DNA of 64,000 nt, taken from NCBI GenBank assembly GCA_002269645.1, contig NIVC01000061.1, positions 1-64,000 on the forward strand. Reading direction: 5' to 3'. Positions within the stretch are counted from its first letter, which is position 1, and every line of letters starts with the position of its first letter. This document shows, piece by piece, positions 1 to 13,978 of this stretch. The notes under the pieces were generated by a model that did not search any database, was not told where the DNA came from, and worked only from the letters and a program-made list of their open reading frames with translations. This stretch comes from Macrostomum lignano. Taxonomy: Eukaryota. Made by a program: the position numbers and the translations under genes.

Positions 1-652
1 TTGTTGCTGGTTTTGTTGTTGTGTCCACGCAATTGATACACAATAAACTAAGTTCTATGTTTTATACGCTTATAACATTTCAAGACTTTGCAGGCTTTTT
101 AAAATTTAGTCATTTACAGATTTGTCATCTATTTAAGAACCAAATCTTCAGACTGTACTTAATCAACTATCTGAGTCTTTAATAATCAAGAAAAATCACA
201 CCTCTGATCGAGTCAGTCACCTGAGCATCGGGAAAGCCCCAGCTTGGAGTTGTACAGCGAGTGCCCTCAGGTGCTGCACTGCACTTGAAGCCCAAAACTC
301 CCTGTGCAGGTATTGTGGCCTCTTATTGCTGCTTGATGAGTTTCTTTCACCTTTATTGAAGCTTGTCGATTGCGCTGAGTTGAGTCATCATTTGTTTTTG
401 AGAACTTGCAGACAAAGCCGAATGCGCGACTGCATTTTGTGAATCAACAGGCAGACTTCTTCAAGATCAGGGTCGCACATACGCCAGTCAATGTCAAAAG
501 TTCTCGAAGTCCTTGTGATTGATAATGTGACACCCGGTCTTCTGTATATTCAGCTCATGAACTAGATCGGAGAGAATTGAATTTACTGAGCGGATGTATT
601 GGCGCTTATCTCCAAACCAGCGGGCGTTTTAATCACTATATTTGGAAATATT

Positions 653-654
<2 letters not shown>

Positions 655-716
<62 letters not shown>
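655..716. repeat. (GA)n microsatellite
   Basis: Uninterrupted GA dinucleotide run of about 30 units; explains the ERERER ORF at 577-780. Confidence 0.97.
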
Positions 717-719
<3 letters not shown>

Positions 720-1257
720 GGTGAGAGACACTGGCATCGAACACAATTACCGGGCGGGGTTAAACTTTAAACAACACTAAAAAGAAAACAAGGCATGAGC
801 CACCTGGCTGAGGCATACACAAGCAGGGGTGATTCAAGAAAACAACAAAACAAGGGGAGACAAACGCATGGTGGTGACTCATTTGAGGACGGGGTGCACT
901 TGCACTGCAAGAGTGGGCGATGCAACACCACAACACGTCGAAAACCTTTTAACAGAAGTAGCTATTAGCTTTTCTGGAAAACCATTAAAACGCATTAGGA
1001 TGTATGGTATGCAAGTGTTTTGAAACAAATTTAGCAAGAAGACGTTTTATCAAAGGCCTTGAATACCTTCGTGTTGTAGATCACACCATAAACGTTGTTA
1101 CATGCATAGCGTAACTAGGCCGTAAATGTTTTTTTTCGCAAAGCAAAAAGGAAAATGAATTTCCAATTTTTATTTCCGATACGCTTGATTACTAAATCGG
1201 TCGAACATTGAAAGTAGCAATCGCTGGCGAAGAATTGAACAGGTGAATCAAAGCTAA

Positions 1258-1958
1258 TCAATGCAGACTGAACTTTTTCCAGTCCTCGCCAGTCTCTATA
1301 TGCATTTCACCTGCGAGTCGGTGAACAGCAGCAGTCGGCACTGTTTCAGCTTCCCATTGTACAGCGCGTGTCTGCAGCTGCGGCCGGCCCTCAGTGCGGC
1401 CGCCACGCACTGGATGGCGCTTGAAGCGGCAACGTCATTGAAGCAGCAGTTTGAGTTCGAGTTGAAGTCGACCCGCTTGAACTGAACTCTTCGCCAGTCG
1501 AGGCAACTCCGGTTGGCTGGACTGGTCCGACTTGCTGCTCACATACGTATCCGAATTTTTGTGAGCACATTGCATTCGCCAGTTGGTTGCTGGCTAAAAG
1601 CAGCAGGCAGTCCTGGTCTCCTCCGTCTGGCTCTGAGCTCACCCACAACGAGTGATCGGTGGGCAGAACGCCCCTGCCGTTCACGAGCTGCCATCCGGAT
1701 CTGCTCAATCCGCATTCGTCGGCAAGGTCAGCCGCTCCAATCCACGCTTTGATGCGAATGACCTCAACTTGATGACGTCATAGGACCACAGCAGCTCGCC
1801 TCCGATGAGTTGGCACTGTTGATTGGCGCACCAAGTAAACCTGGTCCGCGACTCATTGAACAAGCAGGTTCCGTGCGCTGGGAAGAAAGGCGGGGGGCAT
1901 GCGAGAGTCCGAGGCCTGGCAGCAGGAGCAGCAGGAGCAGCAGCATCAGCATCATCAT
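1258..1958 (-). pseudogene. Secreted C-type lectin plus PAN/apple-like protein, interrupted by three frameshifts (pseudogene or assembly errors)
   Basis: Minus strand reads as four consecutive frames: signal peptide MMMLMLLLLLLLLPGLG; CTL N-half TLACPPPFFPAHGTCLFNESRTRFTWCANQQCQLIGGEL; CTL C-half AWIGAADLADECG...WVSSEPDGGDQDC...NAMCSQKFGYVCEQ; then SAIQCVAAALRAGRSCRHALYNGKLKQCRLL (PAN-like Cys spacing). Each shift is in the same direction, consistent with one missing base. Confidence 0.7.
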
Positions 1959-3704
1959 TCGGTTAGACTAGACTAGATTAGACTAGATTAAATATTCTAA
2001 GAAAGATGTTCGGACAGGGCAGAAATCTAAATTTTGTTTTAATTCGAGTATAAGAGTTCGTATTTCATTTTTCAAGCGGAATGGTTTTCCTACGAGAGTA
2101 TATGGGTTCTCGACTACATCTAGAAGTAGGTTGTTGTTGCAGTATACATACAAACTTCTGTCAAATCGTCTTTTCCTGAAGTGACTGAAGTATTATTCAC
2201 CTACTCCCGCTGAGCTTCAGACTCAAAGACCTGACATAGGGAGAAGTGGCTGAGAGTCTGCTTTAGTCTGCTTTTTTGACTTTCCAGACTGTGGATAACT
2301 TGAGCAGTTGTTATATCAATATGCAAGATAGCGATTGCGAGAAAGCAGTTGAAATCCTTAATACTCATAAGTAGTACGTACACACAGTTTATCAATAAAA
2401 CATAGTGCTTAGAGTGTTCCACCTCTGTCACTAAAAACATTGGAATTCTTGATCTGTCACTCTGATTGATGCAAAAACTCAGTTGATTACAGTTTCAAAT
2501 CCCGATCATTACAATAAAACTGGTGATCTCAGTCCGGACACAATCAGTGATTTGCACTTTTAGCTTCCTCTTACTGGCGATATTGGCTCGCTATAGTAAC
2601 TCTGTACTCTTTGGTTGCCATTGTGGGACAGCAGAAAGGACTGTGTACTCGTATTGAGTAAAGCCAAAAGCCCGATGAATTTTAATATGAGACTCATTTT
2701 TTAATTAGTCTCATAAAGAGAAATGATGTCATTTAAAACGGAAATGGATAATTTCAGCCTAGTTTAGAACGCTTCACCCGAACTAGTAGAAATTTTATCA
2801 ATCTGCTTCGCTCAGACTGCGGTTATCTGACTTTATTTTTAGTTTGAAAATCTAAATTATGATGTAACAACGCTCTGGTCGCGGGATAGGGCAGGGGAAC
2901 TTTTTCGAAAGTGCCTCCTTATCGCCGTGCACCCCCTGCACAGAGCTGTTGAGACTCGGCCAGGTGTTCGACCAGGCCTGGAGACTCCCGCTCTGCTGCA
3001 CCCCCTGCTGCCTTGGCTCCGTCTCCCCTGCCGCCACACTTGCCTTTCCGGAGCTCCCCCTCCTCTTTGTACCTCCCCCTCTACCTTATCTCCCCTGCGC
3101 GCCTCCCTATTCTTTATGTACTTTTCCTGTCCCCTCTTTTTGTCTCTTTCTGCACTATCTTTCTGCGCTGTCCCCCCTTTCTCTGCGTCTACTTACAGTA
3201 TTTTGTGCGCTCACCGTCACCCCATCCCTTCTCAAACTCCCAAACGGTGACGCAAGTCGTGTGACCCCTTCTTACCCTCGATGACTCATCGATGACTCAT
3301 CCCCCTCTCTTGCGCAACCTTTTCTCACGCTATTGTTCTCCTCCCCAAATTTCTCATGCGACACCCACCCCACCTCCGCTTCTATTGTTCTCGTTTTTGA
3401 TTCTTTTGTTCTCTTTACCCCCACTAATTATCACATTTTCTCCGATTTTCTCTTTCTATTGTTCTCGTTTTCGCACCTAATTATCACCTTTTCTCCAATG
3501 TTTTCTTTTTTATTGTTCTCGATTCTCTCCAATTATCCCCGATTTCCAATTCCTTTGTTCTCGACCCCAGCCCCATTGTTCTCAATGTTTGCTTGCGCAA
3601 CACTTTTGCGACCTCCCGCTGCGCCAATTATCCCCACCCACCTCTCCGGATTGCGCAATTCTCCCATTTCTCATGTTGCTATGCCGGTCTCATGCTTCTC
3701 ATCA

Positions 3705-3795
3705 TGACTCATTCTGACGTCATTCTGCCGGCAGCCAATCAGAGAGAGGGAGTCATGGAAACGACCTTGGAGCGGCGGCTGGGAAGGCTATATAA
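3705..3795 (+). promoter_or_regulatory. Compact Pol II promoter-like cluster (AP-1, CRE, CCAAT, TATA)
   Basis: TGACTCA 3705-3711, TGACGTCA 3715-3722, CCAAT 3735-3739, TATATAA 3789-3795 in canonical order. No downstream coding region identified. Confidence 0.4.
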
Positions 3796-5243
3796 GGAAG
3801 CGGTTTTCGGCATGAGAATCTTTAGCCGTTCACGTTTCCCGTCTTGGGCGTCGTCTTCTCAAGCGTCCTATTGTGGACTTGCTGTCAGACCTTGATCTGA
3901 CCTATTCGTCTACAAGGCGAACCCCTGCCTGTCCGCGGTCTGTTACCGCCAAGTTATCTTCAGCTCCCCAAGCGAGCTCGCCTATCGGCCAGCGGTCTGA
4001 TACCGCTCAGCATCATCAGCATCGCCTGATCTACACCAGCGTCTCGTTGCTTCAGCGCATCGCCGCTTCACTGCCTGCCTGACTGCAGCCTACAGCCGCC
4101 CTCGGTCACTCCGTCTCTCTCTCTCTCTCTGTGCAGCTGCCGGTAAGTTCCTGTTACTAATTTGTGCTCTAATCGCCTTGCTTATCCGGGGTCTGCCTAT
4201 TTTTCCATTGCTTGACTAGAGAGCTGAGCCAATTGTGATACCGTAACTTTTTGCTGTATTTTACTCAATAGTGAAGCCGCCTGATTGCCTGATTATTTGC
4301 CTAAGGGCCTAATTATTAACTATTAACTAACCTCATCATTATTCACTCTTTCACCATCATTTCACTCATGGCTTGCTAAGCCTTTCTCCCGGGGTGGCAA
4401 AGCATAAGGAAGTTTGGGTAAGCTAATGGCCTCTCCCCGTGCAAAGCTCGCCTGTGAGTGCGTGCTGCGGGGCCGCGTGTGCGTGCAGTAGAGGGATTAG
4501 CGAGTCTTGGCACAGAATGGCAGTAGGAAGGTTGCACCCCCTTCGCCCTGAGCAATCTAAACTATAGACAGTACATGTTCACCTCATACTACTCTTAGTA
4601 ATCAAAGTCGCAAGTCAGCCTCGCTCACAGCCACAAAGGATCCCCTGCTGAGAAATCCTCCAGATTGAGCCCAGAGTTTCCGATCATGCCCCAAGCAGAG
4701 TCCCTGTACTCGGCTGCATGTGTCTCCCCTGTTAGCCTAAATCTCCTGGTAACCATCCCTCGAGAGGTCTGGTAGAGCCTCGAGAGGTCTGGTAGAAAGA
4801 TCCAGGTGCGCCAGGTCACATAGAGTGGTGGCAGCCACTCGGTCATACTATGACCGAGTGATTAACTATTGCACCTTGGCTGCAGGCGGAGTCCATGTGG
4901 GTCCTTGGCCCTCTGGTCACGAAGCGCTACCAAAGCTATCTATCATGTGGGCGGGACAGTCTGGTGCTGGAGGTCCGTCAGGTCATTGCCCGGTCATAGG
5001 CAGCCTACGGTCATTGCCCCCTCTAGCCAGGTGTTCGTCTCTCAACGGAGCGGACAGGCGACAAGGGCGGTTACATCAATTATAAAAACTTTTTAGAAAG
5101 TAGTGCGATAGCCGTCACAGCGGAATAAGCTGTAATTTTCTATTAAAACAATTGTAGGGTTTACTGAATAAATCCATAACCTAAAAATGTAAAACTTAAT
5201 CGCAACTGCAGAATTCCGTCATGTATTAGACATAGGCATGTAG

Positions 5244-6850
5244 TCATCCAGAAGCGGTCTGCTGGATCCAGCTGGTGTACATCTGCACTCGAGTGTACAC
5301 TCCCGGTCGCTGGGGCTTGGCGCAGCCCTCGCCCCAGCTCGTGATGCCCTGCAGGTACCAGACTCCGCCGGACTTGCACACCAGCGGCCCGCCGGAGTCG
5401 CCCTGGCACGCGTCCTTGCCGCCCTGCTCGTAGCCGGCGCACACCATGTAGCTGGTGATGGCGCCTCCGTAATGCGACGCGTCGCCGCAGATCGAGTTGG
5501 GTACGATCGGCACCATCACCTGCAGCAGCCTGGTGTTGTCCCCAGTGCCCTGCGTGCTGCCCCAGCCTGTGGCGAAACAGCTGGCCATGTTCGACACCGG
5601 CGAGCTCGGCAGGCACACCGGAGACACCTGCGAGTTGAACTGGAACGGCCGGTCCACCCGCATCATGGCCAGGTCCTGGTTAGTCCGGCTCGAGTCGTAG
5701 TTCGGATATCGAACTACCTGCGTCACCTTGCGTCTCTGCAGCGTCGCCTCAGTGCAGTCCCGGCAGTGTCGTCCCGCGTCAACGCCCCACATCGACGGCG
5801 ACATGTAGTTCTCGACGCAGTGCGCGGCCGTGATGATCCAGTTAGCGTTGTAGATGCTGCCGCCGCAGAAGTGGCCGCCGAAGAGACGCAGCGACACCAT
5901 CCAGGGCCAGCTGTTCTTGACAGCCTCCTTGCCGCCCACGATGCGAGTTTCGTCTGGCGGGATGGCGGGCCTGCCACAGCCTGACGGTGCTGGAAAGAAA
6001 TTTTTAACAAAATTTTAATCTAATAATTAAAGAATAGAAGCTCTAAATAAACTTTTTGATGCGTTTCATTCTTACATGGCGGCTTCGTTGTGGTGATGGG
6101 CGACACTGTGGTTGTAGTCACCGGTGGCCTGGCAGTTGTTGTCGTCTGGCCTCCACAAACCTCATCACTGCCATCTGAGCAGTCTCTGAAGCCATCGCAC
6201 CACCACTGGTTGAAGATGCATTTGGAGTTGTCCTTGCAGGGTCGCTGGTTTATCGGGCAGTCCAGCGTAATCGAGCAATACTTCTCATCGGAGCCGTCTG
6301 GACAGTCTTTGATGCCGTCGCACTTCCACTTTGAAGGGTAGCAGAATCCTCCAAATCGGCAGGAAATATAGCCACTTGGGCAGGGCACTCTGGTGCGGTA
6401 CTCGTCGTTTGACACGAATCGGTAGCGCAGCTGGAAGCCAGACTTCTGCAGGTAGGAATCGCTTTTGAATACCAGCAGTATCGACGAGGACTGCGACAGA
6501 ACCGACCAGGAGCCGCCGCCGCAGAAGCGACCAAGGACGGAGCTGGAGTCATTCCAGCCGTCGTACACAATCAGAGAGTCGCTCGAACACTCCGATGTGT
6601 ACTCGAGGTCGAAAGAGACTGAAATCACCTCGATGTGGTAGCTCGGGCCGTCGGCGCGGATGAAGTAGCGGCAAGTCGAGTCCGCGTCGTATGGAGTGCG
6701 GCCGAACAGGCGGTGGGAGGCGATGACTCCCTGGTTCGTCTGGTACAGAATATCGACGCCACAGTTCTTTTCGCTGGCAGTAGCCACTTCTTGGGCAGCG
6801 GCTGCAGACAGCAGGGCTGGACACAGTGCCAGCACGAATACCAAACTCAT
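5244..6850 (-). CDS. Secreted modular serine protease, copy A: signal-CUB-LDLa-LDLa-Thr/Pro linker-trypsin (S1A)
   Basis: Exons 6850-6076 and 5989-5244; phase-1 GTAAG...TTCCAG intron 6075-5990. CUB (CGVDILY...FDLE...CSSDSL...GRFCG...GFQLRY), two LDLa (C..SKWKCDGIKDCPDGSDE), activation site CGRPAIPPDETR/IVGG, catalytic TAAHC, DLAMM, GDSGGP, and S1 Asp in DACQG (trypsin-like). Confidence 0.93.
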
Positions 6851-7190
6851 TGTGCTTAACTTGTGTTTGGAAATTCAAAATACTTATTAAGAATTCACCC
6901 GTGCAGAACCGCATTTAAATATTCTTAGCGGAGAGGGTAATTATCAGCTAATTGCTTGCAGGTCAGGTAAAATTTTCTCTCACAATTAAAAACTGCAGGT
7001 GCTAATTTTCCGCAGTGATGCAATAATGGTGAGAAGGTTTTCCTCAGTAAGCATTTCCTTAACCTCCAAATGTTCCCGGCCGAAACACACAGCTCCACTC
7101 CATTGTCGAGATCAATGCGATTCCGAAATTTACGTCTTCCGGCTTCGACTTCCAAAGTCAGTGCCGGGATGATTGCTGCTGGGAAGGATT

Positions 7191-9092
<1,902 letters not shown>

Positions 9093-10803
9093 AATGGAAA
9101 GAGAAATACAATGAGGTCGCGTAGATTAAATTCTCAGAACAACTTAGAGGCTCTGTCCTGAATCGACCTGGATTGCTTTCAACAGCAGAAACACAGAAAA
9201 CGGCCTCACGGCAGTGCCGGCAGATTTTGCTGAGGCTGCAATAATCCGGATGAGAAGCAAGCGATGCAGAAAATCAAGGTACGAGCTCAGCTTCATTATC
9301 CGTCACTCGTGCAGAGCAATCGGTTATCAGTGATGGAAAATCTGCAAAAAGAATGCTTTGCAGAACTCACTGAGTCTGAAATATTTGTCTTGATAGCTGG
9401 AATCCTTTCGGAGTGTTTTATGGCCCTGCCCTCTGTTTCCTCGGATCATATACAAAGGCTTTGGTGTATTTCTTGTTTAAACTGTGCAGTTGCTGCGTGC
9501 TAATAATAATGGAAAATTAAAATCAATCCTAAACAGATGTTTCTAAAAATGGTTACTATCTACCTCGGGTCAAAGGGTCACGCCAGGGCTACCATCTGCA
9601 AAAGAGTTCTCATATGACACTTGCATATCCATGCCATGTGATTTTTTCTTACTCAAAATGGTGATCTGCGGCCTTATAAGTATAGAACTCCTTTGCAATA
9701 ACGTTAATCTTTTTCACAGATTTTCCCCAAGATAGTATCATTCTTATTCATTTATCCGTTTTGTTTTTCTTGAAGTGACCCCTTTGGAATTTAGAATAGC
9801 GGCAGAATTACATTTCAAAACCTGCTTACCCATGCAAATGAGAGTTCTCAGGGAGTTGGGGATTAGCTATTCAGCTCAATGTCACGCCAAACCTAGCTGT
9901 TTGGGAGGTAGATTAGTAGCATTGATTTTCTTTCCAATTCCACTGCGTGATTTAATGTACGTGTTTATTATTCAATTTTCTATGTACGCTGATTTAGCCC
10001 AGGCCCATCTCACCCACCCCCCTCCACGCTGGCTGATTCTGACTGACTGCAATAAATATATCATCGAGAGGGCTTATTAGCCCTGTGTACGGTTTACGCT
10101 TTTCGTTTTGTTAGCGTCTCGCTTGAGCCTCAGCTCCAAAACAGTTTGGCGGACCATCGGTCTTTTCATTTCTACAGTACACTAGCCTCTCTATCCGAGA
10201 ATCTTTCTCGCCCTGAATTAAAAATTTTCTGATGCAAATATTGCGCATAAATTAGCATAGACAGCTCTGAGGTTGGTAGGTACGATGGATAAAATTCAAA
10301 TCCGATTGTTGCTTCTCAAGTCAGTCATTGCAGCATAAATTGTTACTCAGGACAACAAGCCTGGCATGAGGAAGATCTCTTATAAGTTTCCTTTCCTTAT
10401 TAGCCCGTAATTTTAAAACAGTTTTTTTTACTTTGGAAAAGTTTTCCCCAAAGACACTACGTATAAGCAAAGTTTTCCAATTTTCGGAACTCCAAGGTTC
10501 AGCGAGGGTTTACCCTCGTAACCCTGCTTGAGACGTGCAAATACTTTTGCACGTGCAACCAATACAGTAATTATAATATTGATTGAGTCACCGCTCAGTT
10601 GCAGTCGGTGACTGGATGGGCACGTTAAATAAATTTAATTGCAGGCAGCTTGTACACCTGTGAGCAATTTATTAATTGTACATCAATTAAACTGTGCAGT
10701 ATAAGTATGCGACAATCGGCTGCTTGCAAACTAAGGCTACAATTTCAAGTTGTCAAGCCTTCTTACCTTGCTATAGGTACTAATAGGTACTATCAAAGTA
10801 GCC

Positions 10804-12479
10804 ATGCGACTGCCTAAACTGTTGCCATTGCTTCTAATTGGAGGACTGGCGACATTGAATGTCGCAATTGCCGACGAACTTAACTGCGGCGTCAACCTGC
10901 TGTACGAGACGGACCAGACCGTGATAGCGTCGCACCGGCTCTACGGCCGGAAGTCCTACCAGCCGAATTCTGTCTGCCGGTACATCATCCGCGCCTGGAG
11001 CCCCGACTACCGCATCGAGATCACATCGGTGAGTTTTGACCTCGAGTACACTTCCGAGTGTACGGGCGATTCCCTGACTGTCTATTCGGGCGGAAACGAT
11101 TCGAGTCCTGTGCTGGGCCGATTCTGCGGATCCCTAGACTGGTCGGTGCTCACGCAGAGCTCGTTTGTGGCTCTTGTGTTCTCTAGCGATGCCTACCTGG
11201 AGAAAGGCGGCTTCCAGCTGCGGTACCGGTTCGTGTCCAAAGACGAGTACCAGAAGCGAATCGCTTGTCCAAATGGCTACTTGGCCTGCAACAGTGGCAA
11301 CGGCTGCTACCCATCCAAGTGGAAGTGCGACGGAATCAAAGACTGCAAGGACGGATCGGACGAACAATTCTGCACGAGCACGCTTACCTGTCCAAGTGGC
11401 CAGGTTGCCTGCAAGGATAACTCCAAATGCATTTTTTCTGGCTGGTGGTGCGATGGCTTTCGCGACTGTGGTGATGGCAGCGATGAGACAAGCTGCAGCG
11501 GCGGTGGCAATACCGGTGGCAATACTGGTGGAGGCACTGGAGGCAGCACCGGTGGAAGTACGGGGGGAAGCACTGGAGGCGGCACAGGTGGCGGGACACG
11601 TAAGTTAACGTCTTTTAAGGTCTTTTCAACTCACTCAACGCAATCATGAATTTTCCGGTACTCGGATAGCAGCTTTCTTGCACTTGAATTACGCCAGACC
11701 AGTAACTCAATGCAATTTACTTTGCTCTTGCAGCACCTTCGGGCTGTGGCACGCCAGCCATCCCGCCAGACGAAACTCGCATCGTGGGCGGCAAGGAGGC
11801 TGTCAAGAACAGCTGGCCCTGGATGGTGTCGCTGCGTCTCTTCGGCGGCCACTTCTGCGGCGGCAGCATCTACAACGCTAACTGGATCATCACGGCCGCG
11901 CACTGCGTCGAGAACTACATGTCGCCGTCGATGTGGGGCGTTGACGCGGGACGACACTGCCGGGACTGCACTGAGGCGACGCTGCAGAGACGCAAGGTGA
12001 CGCAGGTAGTTCGATATCCGAACTACGACTCGAGCCGGACTAACCAGGACCTGGCCATGATGCGGGTGGACCGGCCGTTCCAGTTCAACTCGCAGGTGTC
12101 TCCGGTGTGCCTGCCGAGCTCGCCGGTGTCGAACATGGCCAGCTGTTTCGCCACAGGCTGGGGCAGCACGCAGGGCACTGGGGACAACACCAGGCTGCTG
12201 CAGGTGATGGTGCCGATCGTACCCAACTCGATCTGCGGCGACGCGTCGCATTACGGAGGCGCCATCACCAGCTACATGGTGTGCGCCGGCTACGAGCAGG
12301 GCGGCAAGGACGCGTGCCAGGGCGACTCCGGCGGGCCGCTCGTGTGCAAGTCCGGCGGAGTCTGGTACCTGCAGGGCATCACGAGCTGGGGCGAGGGCTG
12401 CGCCAAGCCCCAGCGACCGGGAGTGTATACTCGAGTGCAGATGTACACCAGCTGGATCCAGCAGACCGCTTCTGGATGA
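10804..12479 (+). CDS. Secreted modular serine protease, copy B: signal-CUB-LDLa-LDLa-Gly/Thr linker-trypsin (S1A)
   Basis: Exons 10804-11599 and 11734-12479; phase-1 GTAAG...TTGCAG intron 11600-11733. Same architecture as copy A; mature protease domain identical in translation. Confidence 0.94.
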
Positions 12480-13733
12480 GCTGCGAACAACTTGATACTT
12501 TTGTTGATTGCTGTCGGCTCTGCAGATTTCTGATCGGATGCAAATCATTATAGTGATAAGTTTAATGAGTTGTCAGGGTATTTGTTTGTTCATTTTATCA
12601 TAGTCGAATTTTTCTCAATAATATAGTATCTTTCATAGGCCTTTTAATCGTTGTTGCTTACTGAGCAGCCTCCCCCTACTCTCCTATAAAGTCTGCTCTA
12701 ATGGGTTTTGGAAATATATCCTTAAAAGTAATAGAACTCACTGTGATCTTATTTTTCGTGCCACATCCTATACTTAAATTTTTTGCTTGAGTGACCATGA
12801 TAATTAAATTTTAAGCCGAGGCTAATCAGTAAGAGATTTCACATGGTCACTTTGTATGCTAGCTCCTTTAGCACTTGAAATCGTGTTCCCATAATCGTCA
12901 TCGCCTCTTGAGCGGCCTGTTTCCGGGATTTTTTAATAGCGGTGCTCCTTAATTTTCCTGATCGGTTTGCATTCTACGAGGAACAAATGAAATTTATCGG
13001 TCTGGCTTTTGAATTTGCGTCTTAACACGCCGAATTTCTAGCCGTTTCGAAGTGTTACTTCCGACGGTAGCTCCAGACATGTTTTACTGAGAAGCACATT
13101 AAAAGTTCTTCTGTACCCGTGTGGAGCAGTTGTTGGGATTCGCAAGCCTTTGCAGGCAAAAGTGGACTGGATAGAATTTTAACCCCACCCCCACCCCCCC
13201 CCCCCACGCATTAGGGGGTGACGTTCTGACGCTCCACCTGTCAGCAGGGAAGCTTCCATTGTCTTTCACCTGGGCGGCTGGCCCAGTACAGGCCTCTGGA
13301 AGGCTAAGGATTCAAGACTGCGCGAGAACAAAACCTCACGCGGGCAAGTGAAGAGGGATCGATGCATACTGAGACACAATTCATAAGACGCAACGCATCT
13401 GCATGCTGTGACAGAAAGCAGCATGAAGGGTAGCAGTTCTCGTGGCCTTGCCCGCCTTCTCTACCTGGGAATGAAATCGTAGATGCGTGATGGAGAACTT
13501 TCTTTCTAGGGAGTTTCCCCACGCCTCTCCCTACTTTGTGGTGTTTTTTGTTCACACCACCATCTACTATGCTCCCCCTTCGTACTTCACGGACATAAAG
13601 ACTGGATATCGCCGTGTCTGGCTGCTTTTTTAGTCCTGATTTTCCTATTTTAAAACTGGCTGAAAGTTTGTCATTTCTAAGGAAAACTTCTAATTTCAGT
13701 AAACTCAAAAAAGCACATGAATTTTGTTTAACT

Positions 13734-13978
13734 ATTCAAACATCCACTCCGAGCGTGCAATGTTGTGACAGCATATTCAAACATCCACTCCGAGCGTGCA
13801 ATGTTGTGACAGCATATTCAAACATCCACTCCGAGCGTGCAATGTTGTGACAGCATATTCAAACATCCACTCCGAGCGTGCAATGTTGTGACAGCATATT
13901 CAAACATCCACTCCGAGCGTGCAATGTTGTGACAGCATATTCAAACATCCACTCCGAGCGTGCAATGTTGTGACAGCA
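13734..13978. repeat. 41-bp tandem repeat, 6 copies
   Basis: ATTCAAACATCCACTCCGAGCGTGCAATGTTGTGACAGCAT starts at 13734, 13775, 13816, 13857, 13898 and 13939, head to tail with no spacers. Confidence 0.96.

Noticed and set aside
13734-13978. 41-bp direct repeats resembling a CRISPR array
   Set aside because: Units are head to tail with no spacers, there are no cas genes, and the context is eukaryotic.
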